Assembly: GCA_013239625.1 (NCBI GenBank)
Contig: MU053810.1
Coordinates: 6,916,122-6,980,121 of the forward strand
Source: Lama guanicoe
Taxonomy: Eukaryota
Direction: 5' to 3'
DNA: 64,000 nucleotides
The position numbers were made by a program, and so were the translations under genes. The notes beneath the pieces are model-generated. The model worked only from the letters and a program-made list of their open reading frames with translations, searched no databases and was not told the origin of the DNA. This document shows positions 26,730 to 40,270 of the stretch, piece after piece. Numbering within the stretch: position 1 is the stretch's first letter; the number at the start of each line of letters is the position of its first letter.

Positions 26730-27834
26730 TGCAGTAGTCAGGATGCTAAGATGGCCCCTAAGATTTCCATTCCCTTTTGCACACATTCTTTATAATCCCC
26801 TGCCCCTTGAGTATCAACAGGTCTCTGAATATGTCAGATTTTATTCCCATGATTAAGTTACTTTACAGGACTAAGATGAAGGACTTTTGTGTATGTTGAT
26901 CCTGAGTGAGTCAAAAGGGAGATTATCCTGGATGGGTCTGACTCAATCAGTCAAGAGTTATTCAAAACAGACTGAGATTTGAAGTAAAAGGGATTCTCCT
27001 GCCGGCTTTGGAGAAGTAAGCCTTTATGCTGTGAGAGAGCTATGTGGCTAAGACCTGAGACAATTCCTCCAAGAGCTGAGAGTGACCTCTGACTGACAGC
27101 CAGCATGAAAACAGCAACATCTACTGAGGTGGGAAGCCCCATAAAAAGACAGGCAGGACCCCCAAGCAGGGCCACTAATCTCCTGCCAGCACCATCAGGT
27201 TCCCTGGCCCAGAGGCTCTATCTCACTTTTTGCATCTGAAACAGCTTACTTAAAGCTAAAATTCTATTGGTTCCCTGAGCTCACTCCTGATTGGTTATTT
27301 CTCTCCCTCCTGATTGGCCCATTTCTACAAAGCTTGTTCTTAATTAGTCAACTTTCCTTATACCTCATTTACATATGATGTTGCAAAGTGTAAACTGGCA
27401 GCCTATAAAAGCTGGTGTAGACCTACAGATGGGGTCCAGAGCTTGGAGTGTTAACTCCTCTGGGCCCACTGGTGTAATAAACCTGAGTTCTCCAACTTTC
27501 TGAGCACTGCTTCATCTCTCGTCCGGATCCAGGTTGCTGTCACAACTGAGCTGTAACACCAAGCTATAACGCTGAGCTGTAACATATTTTTTGCAACACT
27601 ACAACCACAGGGGAGTAAATTCTATTAATGGTTTGAATGAGCTTGGAAGACCTCACGTTCCTGATAAGAACACAGCTCCAGCTAACACCTTAACACCTGC
27701 TGAGACCCTGGGCAGAGGGCCCACTTAGGCTGTTTCTAGACTTTTAACCAACACAATCTGTGAAGTAGCAAATTTTTGTTCTTATGAACTCAACTTTGTG
27801 GTAATGTGTTATGCAACAATACAAAATTAATACA
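26730..27834 (+). mobile_element. MaLR MLT1E-like solo LTR split by a nested ERV LTR
   Basis: TG...CA termini with 5-bp TSD GCATA (26725-26729 / 27835-27839); aaaagggagattatcctggatgggtctgactcaatcag; tgtggtaatgtgttatgcaacaat. Confidence 0.88.
27125..27598 (+). mobile_element. ERV1-type solo LTR (474 bp), probably lineage-specific
   Basis: TGAGG...CAACA termini; 4-bp TSD CTAC (27121-27124 / 27599-27602); ATTGG at 27266, 27290, 27313; TATAAAA 27404; AATAAA 27476. Confidence 0.88.
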
Positions 27835-30800
27835 GCATATAGGAAACAAGGCAGTCATTCTGGTCCTGTCATCCAACAAAGTGATCTGATGCACAAAGCC
27901 GAACTGAGACATATTGAAAGCTGTAAGGGATCCTGAGAGGAAAACAAAACTCAACTATCATTACTAAAATTATGTACTGGGAGCAGTATTGTGTTAGTTT
28001 TGCTCTCAGTAAAAGAGCTATTTGCAGAGAGAGACAGACAGAAAGACAGACAAGGAGAGAAGACAGAGAAAGCCTGGGGGGTGGGGAGAATGAATATGAA
28101 TAATTTACATAACTGGAGAGGCTGATGAAAACAGTGTCCAGGAATAGCAGGGAGTCCAGACCCATAAAACATTTGACGTCATTATAACCTACAGCAAGAA
28201 TTTCCAGGAAGTAACAGACTCAGCAGGACTATATCTAAGACTTTCTATATTGATTTCAAGGACTGAGTATTAAAGTTGAACATCCAAATTAGCTCTCTTG
28301 AAAAAGTAGATTTAGAATTTATCTGGTAGTTGGATATTTTTAAAAAAAGTAGAAAGTTAGTTTGCAAACAGCTTTAGAAATAATCAGTAATCAAACACAT
28401 TACACCAATATGCTTTCAAATGCATTTTTAGTTCCAAATAATCACACACTCAACTTTTCTGTAACAAAAATACCAAGGTATTCTGATACTGGATCTTCAA
28501 AATCTGTTTCCCTTCCCATTACCCTTCTTGACATTCTTTGTTTTCTTGTACATAATGTAACACAATGATATTAGTGCAGTCAGAGTAGTGGAAGAAGAAG
28601 AATTTATTTTTGCACTTCTGAATTATTTATTATTTTATATTTTAGTGACCTCCTATAAACTCATTCCTTTATGAGCCTTTCAGAACTTTCTGATTCAGTG
28701 ACTATGCTAAAATATTTAAAGAAAACTTTAACCAGCCATTTTTAAAAGTAAGCAAATAAGAATTCTTCAACAATAATACAATTTTAAACTAAAGCAGTTG
28801 TTTTTTTGTCTTGTGATAAGAGGCTTTGCTCTTCAGGATTTGCTACATCATACAGTGTTTTTATAAATACATTTTTAGATTTCATATAGGCTCATATGGT
28901 TTTGTAAATCAATTTGCTGTGTTTTACCATGCAGAAGAACACTTTTATCAAGGCATCTTTGTGAGAAATGAAATAATTAATAAGTATAGGCAGTCTTGGT
29001 TTTCTTAAATAGTATTTTACAAATACTACAAAGATCCAGAAAAAGCCCAAAGTACAAGTGGTAGCATAAACCTTAAAAAAAAAAAAAGTTCCTTAGTTCT
29101 TAGCCACAGTATTTTTTAATGATCTAAAAGTGAATGGCACATAATAGTCAAAGCTCTTGGATTCACATACATATTATCCTTCCGTTGTAAAAACAAGCTA
29201 AATGCTAATTAGTTAGACTTGAGACAACTCTTTGGAATTATCAAGAATAGAACCTTTTTTATAGTTTCTACAATTTTATCACTCTGATATATTGGTTTTA
29301 TATTTACTACATTGACCAAGAGCAGTGGACAATATCCAGTTCACTGATTTTAAATTTTCTTCCAAAAGGAAAACTTTTTGTAAGTAGTTATCCCGTAAAC
29401 AAATGAGAATCACTTTACACATCATTAACTGCAGAACAGGCCAGAAACTATCAATATATACACAAATACACACATAAAATGGTTTCATCATGGCTTATAT
29501 GCTTACAGAGCATCATTCATTGGAAAAACTTATCAAATATTATCAATATCTTCTCTACAGTAGGTTTGTGAAAATTAACATACTTTCTATAATTATATTC
29601 TTCCTTTGTCAAAGAAGATTCTGAGTGGCATTACCCATAATTATCAAATTTCTTCCAATCTCCTTAAAGTTGAAGGTAGAATTGCAGATTTAGGATTTCC
29701 CTTATAAAAGCTTTCTGTGAATATAAGGATGATTTTTCATAGCTCTTTTAAGATCTTAGTGATATCTCCAATAAGTAGTCAGCTCAAAGACAGACCCTCT
29801 TCCCCATTATTCTAATGAAGAAATTAAATTTTAAAGTCATTATCGATTGTTGAAGAAATTATTTTGCACAAGACTAAGTTCAAGGTTCAAAGGTATTAAG
29901 GTAATAACTTGATAATATAGTTGATGCAACAACCATTTTTAAATCAATAAATAGTAGGTTGTCATATGAATGGAAAGTCACAGTCCAAATGACCTTTCCA
30001 GGAAGAAAAGAATGGCTCCAGTTAGTGCTAGAATGGTGGAAAAATCAAATCAGATCTTCTGCCATCATCTTTGTTATATATTCCCCTAAATTTTCAAGTT
30101 AGCTAAAAGGCACCACTGACCATCACCAAAGCATCTCAGGCTTATGAAGAAATGATTTCAGAACAATCAATTTAATTTGAAGACCATTCTTCAATACCTA
30201 TTAACAAACATATAAGTTTCCTCATTAACTGACCAGAATGCCTATTCTGAACATATCAGCACATATTGAAAGCACTATGGAAAGTATACTGTTTGCTAAA
30301 CTACCACAGCCAAAATTTCTCATTTATCAATCAGTTGCATAAAACAGTAATAATTTAACTTATAAAAATAATCTTATTTTTTGAAGAAGTCACTATTAAT
30401 TACTTTATATGCCAGGTCACCTAGTATTCAGAAGTTTCTTTAATGATCATTAATTGCTTATGTGTTATTTGCTCCAAATCTGCTCCCTATGCCCACTTCC
30501 AGTGAAACTTCAAGCTCCTTAAAGGCAGGTATCATGCTTTTACCATTCTATCCCATAATGCTCAGTTCATGGTCTTTCACTGTTGAATTGAACAGTGAAT
30601 ATTAAAGCTTTAGTGTTCAATTTTTCAATTTTTCAACAGTCAGAAGTGCTGAGTAAAGAATTGAAAATCATTTCTGAAATTAAAACTGAGTTAAATTTTT
30701 AGAAAAATCCATTGTAGCCATTTTTTAAATCACTGTAAATGATATTTTCCCAAGGACAGAGTAGGGTAAAGGTTTTAAATGGAGCTAAAAGGACTCATTC

Positions 30801-33744
30801 ACCATCTTTATTAAAAGACTGATCCTAAAAAAAAAGTGTCAACTTAGAGTAGATTTGTCATCAGAGGAAACAGAGCTTTGTAGTAATGTGAACCCTGCCT
30901 GCTTCTAATGGGCAAAATTGAAGCAAAACCACAACAAACTTCTATTTTAAAATAAAAGTTCATATTAGCTTTGGTGTATTTTTCAATAATAATAATGCCT
31001 AATTTAATGTCTATATAACTACTGTAAATATTTCACAATATTTATCCATATCTGATATAGTTCTTTGATGTTTTCAAGATTTAGAATTTATTTCACAATC
31101 AACATCATATCTCACTCTTCTCAGTATTCTTTAAAAATTATAAAAGTTAGGCATGCTATTTATATTTCAAATGTAATATCCAAAATCTCAGGAGAAAAGG
31201 TAGACTAGGTTCAAACTGATTAAACTACACCTCTGCCTACTCTCTAAAAAGTTCCATGACAGGGACTTAGTAAGTAAATGTTTTTAATTTATAGGCTTTT
31301 TAACAAAAGAATTTTGCCACAGTCTTGGAGATTGTCAAAGCTGTCACAAACCAAGGTTGAGAATCACAGTCTTACACCCACCCACCCCACACACACATTT
31401 GCATATACAGTGGAACTAGAAGTCAGTTTCAGTTGAAGAAAGGGTCCTATTCCAGAAATAGATCAACCGTTTCTAAGCTACTATTTATGGTTTTTAAAAA
31501 TCTTTTCTGCCTCTTCTCTGAACACTCTACCTTACGCACTAATGTAAAGGAATCATCAAATCCCATGATCCTATGACTCATTCACAGGATTCACTGACAG
31601 GAGCCATGGCCTGAGTCAGTTCCACCCTTGAAGAGCTTACCTAGGATGGGCCTCTTCAGTGTGTCCCTAGGACAGGTTTTCTGGCCAACAACTACACTGA
31701 TTCCCCTCTTGGACTCCTCCTTTACTTGCCCTTCAGTTGAACTGGAATTGCTTTTGAGTATCTTGGTGGACAAAGATGTTTTAAAGACATTTCCATGTTT
31801 ATATACAGAAGCAACTGCAAAATTGGTAGTTGAGGGAAAGTCCAGTTCAGGAATGAGAATTCTAAAGCAATGACTGAGATAGGTAGCGTCCAAGGAGCCG
31901 ATTGAATGTGCGATGTTATTTCAAAGTTTACCAAGAATTAAAGCATTAATGAATCCAAGAGACCAGAGCAGGCTCAGTAGCATTTGTGCCTGCCAAAGTA
32001 AACATACATCTCTGGTTAAGTAAACCAAAAACTGAAGAGAAAGAAGGTTAAGTACAGAAGTATTGGCTTGAAGAATAAAAAAGACCTAGGGTGCAAAGGG
32101 GTAAGGATCCGAAGATGATGACTATCTTCATTGTGAGGCGTATCAAATCTTTTCACTGGTAATTGTTATCTATGACTCTCCAACATTTACCCAGGATGGT
32201 GTTGGCATCAAGGGCACCCCTCCTTCTCAAGCCTCTCACTAGATCAGGGCTGATGACTGGGCTGTCTAGCACGCCTGAAGCTGAGCTTGAGACGTGGGAT
32301 GAGAATTCAGATCTGCTTTTAGGTTTACCCTTTGGCTTCTATGAAGACAGGCTGACAGAAAACAAAGAAGCAAGCAATAGTGTGTACTTCCAGATTCCTC
32401 TGGGTTTCCACCTAACTTCCCTGATCTTGTTGGATGTCACCTTCTGCATTTTAAGATATGAATTATACCCACATAGGTATCACTTATAGAATTTAACTTC
32501 TAGCATATTTATTGTACTCCTATCTTAAGAGCTGATAGGCAGAAAAAGATCATATAAAGAAAAAGCAGCTTCTGCCCTAGGATATCTCTGTTTTTACTTG
32601 AAAAATGGGGCACAGAGTCCCAAGAAATGACTGAAGACCATATAAAGATATTCAGTGGTTACTATCTCCAAAGGCTGAGAGTAGTGATAATGATACAGTG
32701 GAGTAATCCATTGGAGCCTTTTTATTATGAGCTTAGTGGGGTTGGGGTGGGGTTATTTATTTATTTCTCAAGCCTAAATAATTAAAGAATGAAATTTCTG
32801 TGAATATGTGGTTAGGGAGGATGACTCTTACTCTAAATGGATGGGGCAAGTTTCAAATTGTTGAGATCCAGAACAGGAGAATTAGGCCTCCAAAAGCCTG
32901 GAAGCATTTACCATCCATCAAGTCTTCTCCAATGGTATTTAGCATTTCTTGTCTCTTTTCTTCCTACTTTACCTGCTAGAGTCACATAGAAACAAAGGAA
33001 TAATAATTATTATGTCTCCTATATATAAACATCTATGCTAAACATAAAGGAAACCCTCAAATAACTTAATCTTACTGGAGATGGAGGATTCACAGTTTCA
33101 AACAACTGTTAAACAATTTATTGATTACTCACTTTGTGTCAAGTAACATATCCCTTGCTGGTACTGGGGACACATTAATGAACAACTAATATAGACGAAC
33201 TAGAAGAGCATGATATAAAAGAGGGATTACAGACACAATTAAATAAAATCTTACATGATATGAAAATATTTTCAGTGTTAGAACTTATATTAAAGGATCT
33301 TGCTTTCGGATCAAATAATGTCTTCCAGAGCAAGTGATATTTAACCTTGAAGAATGAATAGACATCAGGTAGACAATGACACAGGATCATATGCACTAAG
33401 TTTAATTAACTCTTTGCTAGAGAACATCACATGAGGGGTAGGCAATTAGGGAAAGGCCTGCCAAAAAAGATCCATTTAAAATGGGCTTGAAAACATGCAG
33501 TAATTTACAAGCAGAATGCATGAATAAGGCTAACTTAAGTGACATAATATAGAAAACTTCCATTTTAGAGCAAAGTATAGCTTGCTTCTGTTGATCAATG
33601 AGACAATAGGTCTTGAATTGGGATTTGAAAAATGAGTAAATTTAACAAGGGTGAAATAATATTGTAGGCTGAGCGAACACAGTAAGAGCTAGAAAAAAAT
33701 TTTTTTCTCTTCCCTATGGAGAATGCATCAAAAGGAGCTGAGGT

Positions 33745-33960
33745 AGGCTGATCAATCCCCCAGTCTTAGAGATGACATTTGACCAGATCTAGCCAATCAG
33801 AGAGGTCCTGCCTCCCCATCTGCTGTGATTGATTCAGAGATGAGCATGTGACCCAGGCTGTGCCAATGAGTGACATCCCTGGTACTTACTGATGGAGCTA
33901 TGGGAAGATGCTCCTTCTGCCATGGTTGATAAGCTGGGAAAATGTTATCCTGGAAATCTA
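33745..33960 (+). mobile_element. Old ERVL/MaLR LTR fragment (LTR33/LTR16/MLT1J-like)
   Basis: agccaatcagaga...tgattgattcagagatgagcatgtgacccaggctgtgccaatgag. Confidence 0.6.
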
Positions 33961-33964
33961 GTGG

Positions 33965-34180
33965 CAGTGCCAGCTATGTAATCATAGGCCTAGTACAAAA
34001 TGAAAATAAAGGGCCTCCTGCTCAAAAAGCAAGAAAAAGTGCCATTAATGGTACCTAGAACACTTTTCCTTTTTCCTTTCTTCCACAGGATCTCCACTTG
34101 TCATGCCTTTTTTTTGTTGTTGTTGTTGCTATTTAATGCCATTCTGGGAAATGAAAAATAAAAATTTTAAATGATTAACA
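33965..34180 (-). mobile_element. MER45-family hAT-Tip100 fragment
   Basis: ccagctatgtaat...ggcctagtacaaaatgaaaataaagggcctcctgctcaaaaa resembles the MER45 terminus. Confidence 0.6.
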
Positions 34181-35979
34181 AAAAAAATTTTTTTGGACAT
34201 GTGAAAGACAGTACAGCTTGAGAAGGTACTGGATGGAAAGTTACCTAAGTTAGGTAAAATCAGTGTAGATGGCCTTGAGGGCCATGAAGACATGATTGAA
34301 CTTGATTTAACAGCAGTAAGAACACACTGTCTGATGTTGCTTGTCTTTTGTCTCAATTTCAGTTTTGTAAACTATGCCTGGGGCCTGTCACATGACCAGG
34401 GCTATGAATTCCAGATATGGTATGTGAATTGTTATGGCCATGAATTGAGAATCCAATGGAATAATAAGTTAGACTCTAGGCTAAATTCTGGGAGATGCAA
34501 TGGGGAACAATGTGCAAACCCACTATACATATTTCTGTTTGGATGAGTCTTAAAACTGCCCACATAATATATATTTTCTGAGATTCCCTGCATATGACAG
34601 TAACTTTCTCCTAATTCATATTTCATTGTTAAAAACTGTGGGGAAAGAAAGACAGAAAAGAGGAAAGAAAGAAAGAAAGGAAAAGAGAGAGAAAGAGGAC
34701 ATATAAGAGTTATTGACTTAAAACAAATGAAGTAATTTTTCTCCTGTGAACTGTTATAGTATTAATCTTAAGGAAAATCTAGTCTACCTCTAAAACACTT
34801 CAAATCAAATGAAGGAAAACATTATCTGAATAGAGAGAAGTGAGTGAGACCTTATGTAAACGTCAATCTTAAACTTTCTGTTAACACTGCATTCTGATAA
34901 ATGTTTTTTCCCCTAGCATTAACTATCCCCATATACCCCATTCACTTATCTGTCAGCAGAGAAAAAGGAGATTAAGAATTATATGGAGAAATCTCATTCT
35001 CAATCCAGCTCTCCCCAAGGAATTCAAAATCACTCAGAAAATATTGAGGTTTCTATTTGTTGGTATAATTTAATTTTTGTTTTTAGATTTTTTCTTAAAG
35101 GCTATGATGTTAATTCATGGTTATATATTTCCGTGAAATTAATGGTCACCTTTTGTACTTGCCAGATTTTGAAATTTTATTTTGTTCCATCTGATGTCTT
35201 CTATCAAGCTTCTGATACTGTTTAATGAAATGAAGATTCACCAGGTCTACTGCCAATATTTGTCTACATTTGTGAATTAGATACACTAAGTGTGACCTAC
35301 GTTGTTTTATGCTATCCACAGCTGCTACCTCTTCTTCACTGGTTTTCCTTGCAAATTCCACAAACTCACACAGCAACTGAGAGGTTCTTTGAATTGGTAA
35401 TTTTCTTGGAAAATTGCCAAGTTTGGTTTATATAAACATTTCATTCATTCAAGCCATTCATTTATTCATTCAGCCAATATTTGTTAGATATATACTGGGG
35501 ATTGGCACTCAACAATTTATTTAGTACAAAACACTTTAAAATGCCTCCAATGAGATGACTCATCTAAGGGGCCTAGGTACAGAAAAATGTTTTTGAATTG
35601 GCTAGCAACCATCTAAGTGCCATAAGAACTCAACTGCACCAAATTCAAAATTTCTAAGTTTATTGATGTGCAACAGACCATATAACAACATAAAGCAGCA
35701 GAGGAGAGTTGTTATCTGACTCAATATTAAAATAGTAAAAATTCATCACTGAATGGTAACTGAGTTTAAAGTTACATAGAGAAACAAAAACTCCAGAAAT
35801 GTCCTTAGCACCAAAAGTAGCTATAATCCAAATATTATTTTCAGAATTCATCACTTTTCCCTACCCTCTCATTGAAAGTAAGAGGAATCCATTTAAAGGA
35901 ACTTCACTTAACCTCTTAACAACCAATGATAGGTTAAAAAAATGTTGAGAATGGTGCTCAAAATCAGTAATTAGTTAGG

Positions 35980-38900
35980 TATCTTTTTTTTTTCTTGAGA
36001 ACATTTAAGATTTACTCTCAGCATCTTTCAAGTATACAATGACATATTATTAACTATAGTCACCATGCTGAATATTAAATCATTGGAGCTTATTCTTCTT
36101 ATAACTGAAACTTTGTATACTTTGTCCTATATATCCCCATTTCTCCCTCCCCCCAGGTCCTGGCAACCATCACTCTATTCTCTGTTTCATAGAAACAGAG
36201 AGAATTATTTTTTTAAAGATTCCACATATAAGTGTTACCATACAGTATTTGTCTTTTTTCCTCTGGCTTATTTCACTTAACATAAAGCCCTCCAGATTCA
36301 TTCATGTTGTTTCAAATGGGAGGATTTCTTTCTTTGTTATGGCTGAATAATATTCCATCATACCCATTTATCCACGAAAGAATTTTAGGTTGTTTCCATA
36401 TCTTGTCTATTTTGAATAATGCTGCAAAGAATATGGGTGTGTATATATCTATCTGAGATGCTGATTTCATTTTCTATGCATATATATCCAGATGTGAGAC
36501 TGCTGGATCATGCTGTAGTTCTAATTTTGAGGAACTACTGTAATGTTTTCCATAATGGCTATACCAATTTATATTCTCATCAACAGTGCATAAGAATTCC
36601 CTTTTCTATACCTTCTCACCAACATTTGTTACCTCTTGTGTTTCTTGATAATAGCCATCCTTATAGGCATGAGGTGAAATATCTCATGGTTTTGATTTTT
36701 ATTTCTCTAAACATTAGTGATGCTGAGCACCTTTTAATTTATATTTTGGTCTTCTTTGAAAAAATGTCTATTGATGTTCTGTGCCCACTTTTTAATTGGA
36801 TGATTTGCTTTTTTGCTATTGAGTAGTATGAGTTCCATGTATATTTTGGATATTAAGCCCTTATGAAATATACAGTTTGCAAATATTTTCTCTCATTCCA
36901 TAAGCTGCATTTTAAATTAGTTTCCTTTGCTGTGCACCAGTGCTTCAGTTTGATGTAGTTCCACTTGTTTGCTTTAGTTTTCATTGTCAGTGCTTTTGAT
37001 GTCTTCTCCAAGAAATCATTGCTGAAAGCAATGCCAAGGAGATTTCCCGCTAAGTTCTGTTCTAGGAGTTTTAGGGTTTCAGGTCTTAAAATTAAGTCCT
37101 TAATCCATTTTTAGGTAATTTTTATGAGTGGTATAAGATGGAGATTCAGTTTCATTCTTTTGTCTGTAGTTGTCCAACTTTCTCAATACTATTTATTAGA
37201 TACTCACCTCCTCCACTTTGTGTCTTTGACAACATTGTCAGAAATTAGTTGACCATATATGAGTGGGTTTATTTCTAGGCTTCCTGCTCCATTCCACTGG
37301 TCTACCTACGTGTACCTGTTTTTAATGACAGTACCATGCTGTTTTGATTACTATACCTTTGTAACATAGTTTTAAATTAGAAAGTGTGATGCCTCCAGCT
37401 TTGTTTTCTTTCTCAAAATTGCTTTGGCTATTCAGGGTCATTTGTGGTTCCATACAAATTTTAAAATAGTTTTTTCTATTTCTGTGAAGTGTGCCACTGA
37501 AATTTTGGTAGGAATTGCACTGAACCTGTACATTGCTTTAGGTAGTATGGATACTTTTCACAATATTAATTCTTCCAATTCAAGAACACAGGATATTTTT
37601 CCAACTATTTGTGTTTTCTTCAATTTCATTCATCATCATCTTATAGTTTTTGGTGTATAGGACTTTTACCTCTTTGGTTAAATTTATTCCTAAGTATTTT
37701 ACAGGTTTTGATGCGATTGTTAATGAGATTGCTTTCTTTATCTCATTTACATTAATCTTAAACTCAACTGACTATGTGTGTTGATTTTATATCCTGAAAC
37801 TTTACTGAATTTATCTATTAATTCTAATAATTATTTGGTGGAATCTTCAGGGTTTTCTGTATATAAGATCATGGCATCTGCAAAGAGAGACAATTTTACT
37901 CTTTCTGCTTTGGATGCCCTTTATTCCTTTTTCTTGCCTAACATCATTGCTAAGACTTCCAGTACTATGTTGAATAAAAGTAGCAAGAGTGAGCATTCTT
38001 GTCTTATTCCTGATCTTAGAGGAAAGGCTTTTAACTTCCATCATTGATGCTATTGATAGATGTTACAGTGATACTATTATATAATATTAATTGTGGGGTT
38101 TTCATATATGACCTTTATTATGTTGAAGTGCACTCCTTCTATACCTAAATTTGTTGAGTGTTTCTAATCATGTAAGGATGCTGAATTCTATCAATGCTTT
38201 TTCTGTATTTATTAAATAATCATAAAATTTTTAGCATTCTGTTAACGTGGTATATCACATTTATTGATTTGTATATGTTGAATCATCCTAGCATCACAGG
38301 GATAAATCCCACTTGATGATGGTGCATGATCCTATGCTCCTGAAACTAAATTCAAGAGCACAGGAATTTTTTTTGTTGAGGATTTTTGCATCTATGTTTA
38401 TCAGGAATATTGACCTGTCATTTTCTTTTCTTGTAGTATCCTTTCTCTGGCTTTGGTTTTAGGATAATGCTGGTCTCATAAAATAAGTTTGAAAATACTT
38501 CTTCAATTTGTTGGAAGAGTGTGAGATGATTTAGTGTTAACTCTTTAAATGTTTGGCAGAATTCACCTGTGAAGGCATCCAGTCTTGAAGTTTTATTTGT
38601 TGGAAGGTTTTTGATTATTGATTAAATCCTTACTAGTAACTGATCTGTTCAGATTTTCTATTTCTTCATGATTCAGACTTGGTAGGTTGGTAAGTTATAT
38701 GTGTCTAGGAATTTATCCATTTCTTCTAGGGTGTACAATTTGTTGTCATATAGTTAATTGTTTACAGTAGTCCCTTATGATCATATGTATTTCTGTGGTA
38801 TCAGTTGTAACATATCCTCTTTGATTTCTGATTTTATCTATTTGGATCCTTGCTATTTTCCTCTTGGTAAATTTAGCTAAAGATTTGTCAATTTTGTTTA

Positions 38901-40270
38901 TTTTTTCAAAGAACCAGCTCTCAGCTTCACTAACCTTTTCTATTGCTTTTTTAGTCTCTAGTTCATTTATTTCTATTCTAATCTTGATTATGTTTTTTCC
39001 TTCTGCCAAATTTGAGTTCAGTTTGTTTTTCCTTTTCTAGTTCCTTAAGATATAAAATTAGGTTGTTTGCTATCTTTCTTTTTTCTTAATGCAGGTATAA
39101 ACTGTCTATCTGTACATCTGTATAAATTTTCCTCTTACAACTGATTTTGTTGCATTCCATAAGTTTTGATATGTTGAATTTTCACTTATCTTAGATATTT
39201 TCTGATTTCCCTTTTGATTTCTTCTTTGACCTATTATTGGTTATTCAGAAGGTGTTATTTACTTTCCACATATTTGTGAATTTTTTAGCTCTTCCATTGT
39301 TACTGATTTCTAGTTTAATACCACTGTTGTGAGAAAAGATACTTGATATGATTTTAATCTTCTTAAATTTGTTGATTAGTTTTGTAATCTAATATATGAT
39401 CTACCCTGGAGAATGTTCCATGTGTGCTTGAGAGAATGTGTACTCTGCTTCTGCTGGATGGAATGTTCTATATATGTCTGTTAGGCCCATTTGGTCTAAG
39501 GTATAATTCAAGTCTAGTGTTTCCTTATTGATTTCCTGTCTTGATTATCTAACCATTGTTTAAAGTGTTATATAGTCCACTATTATTATTGCATTGCTGT
39601 CTAGTCTTGCCTTCAGATCTATTAATAATTGTTTAATATATTTAGGTACTCCAATATTGGGTGTAAATATATATATATGCTTATATATATATGTTTACAG
39701 TTGTTATGTCTTCTTGATGAATTGACCCCTTTATATATATCATGACCTTTATACATAACAGCTTTCTTTCTCTCTTGTTACAGTTTTTGACATAAAGTCT
39801 ATTTTATCTGATATAAGTATAGCTATTCCTGCTTTTTAAGTTTCCATTTGCATGGTATCTTTTTCCTTCCCTTCTCTTCAGCCTATGAGTATCCTTAAAG
39901 CATAAGTGAATCTCTTATAGGCAGCATAAAGTTAGGTCTTTTTCTTTAGTCCATTTAGCCACTCTGTCTTTTAATTGCAGATTTTAAACCTTTTACGTTA
40001 AGAGTAATTAATGTTAGATAAAGACTGACTATCACCATTTCATTAACTGCTTTCTGATTATTTTGTAACTTCTTTGTTCCATTTTCCTCTCCTGAGGTTT
40101 TGTGAACAGACGATTTTTTTGTAGTGGTATGCTTTGACTCTTTTTTCTTTATCATTTATTTATCTGTTTTAGGCCTTTGCTTTGTGATTACCATGAGGCT
40201 TTCAACATACATCTTATAGTTATAACAGTCTGTTTTAAGCTTATTAACATGTTAACCTCAATTGCATAAA
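35980..40270 (-). mobile_element. ~4.3-kb L1MA9-like LINE-1 (most of ORF2 plus part of 3'UTR), degraded, sense to GPR158
   Basis: Minus ORF remnants (IIKIRIEINELETKKAIEKVSEAESWFFEKINKIDK; LITLNVKGLKSAIKRQ); 3'UTR ttaactatagtcaccatgctg...ataactgaaactttgta. Confidence 0.93.

Noticed and set aside
32110..32290. ATGATGA and CTGA motifs suggesting a C/D snoRNA
   Set aside because: Antisense to the host gene, no terminal stem, and poor box spacing.
34241..34257. Perfect palindrome TTACCTAA-G-TTAGGTAA (similarly agatcttat-aa-ataagatct near 48055)
   Set aside because: Arms of 8-9 bp are expected by chance in 64 kb of AT-rich DNA.
36065..40155. Cluster of ORFs up to 135 aa
   Set aside because: Sense and antisense frames of a degraded L1 with stops and frameshifts.
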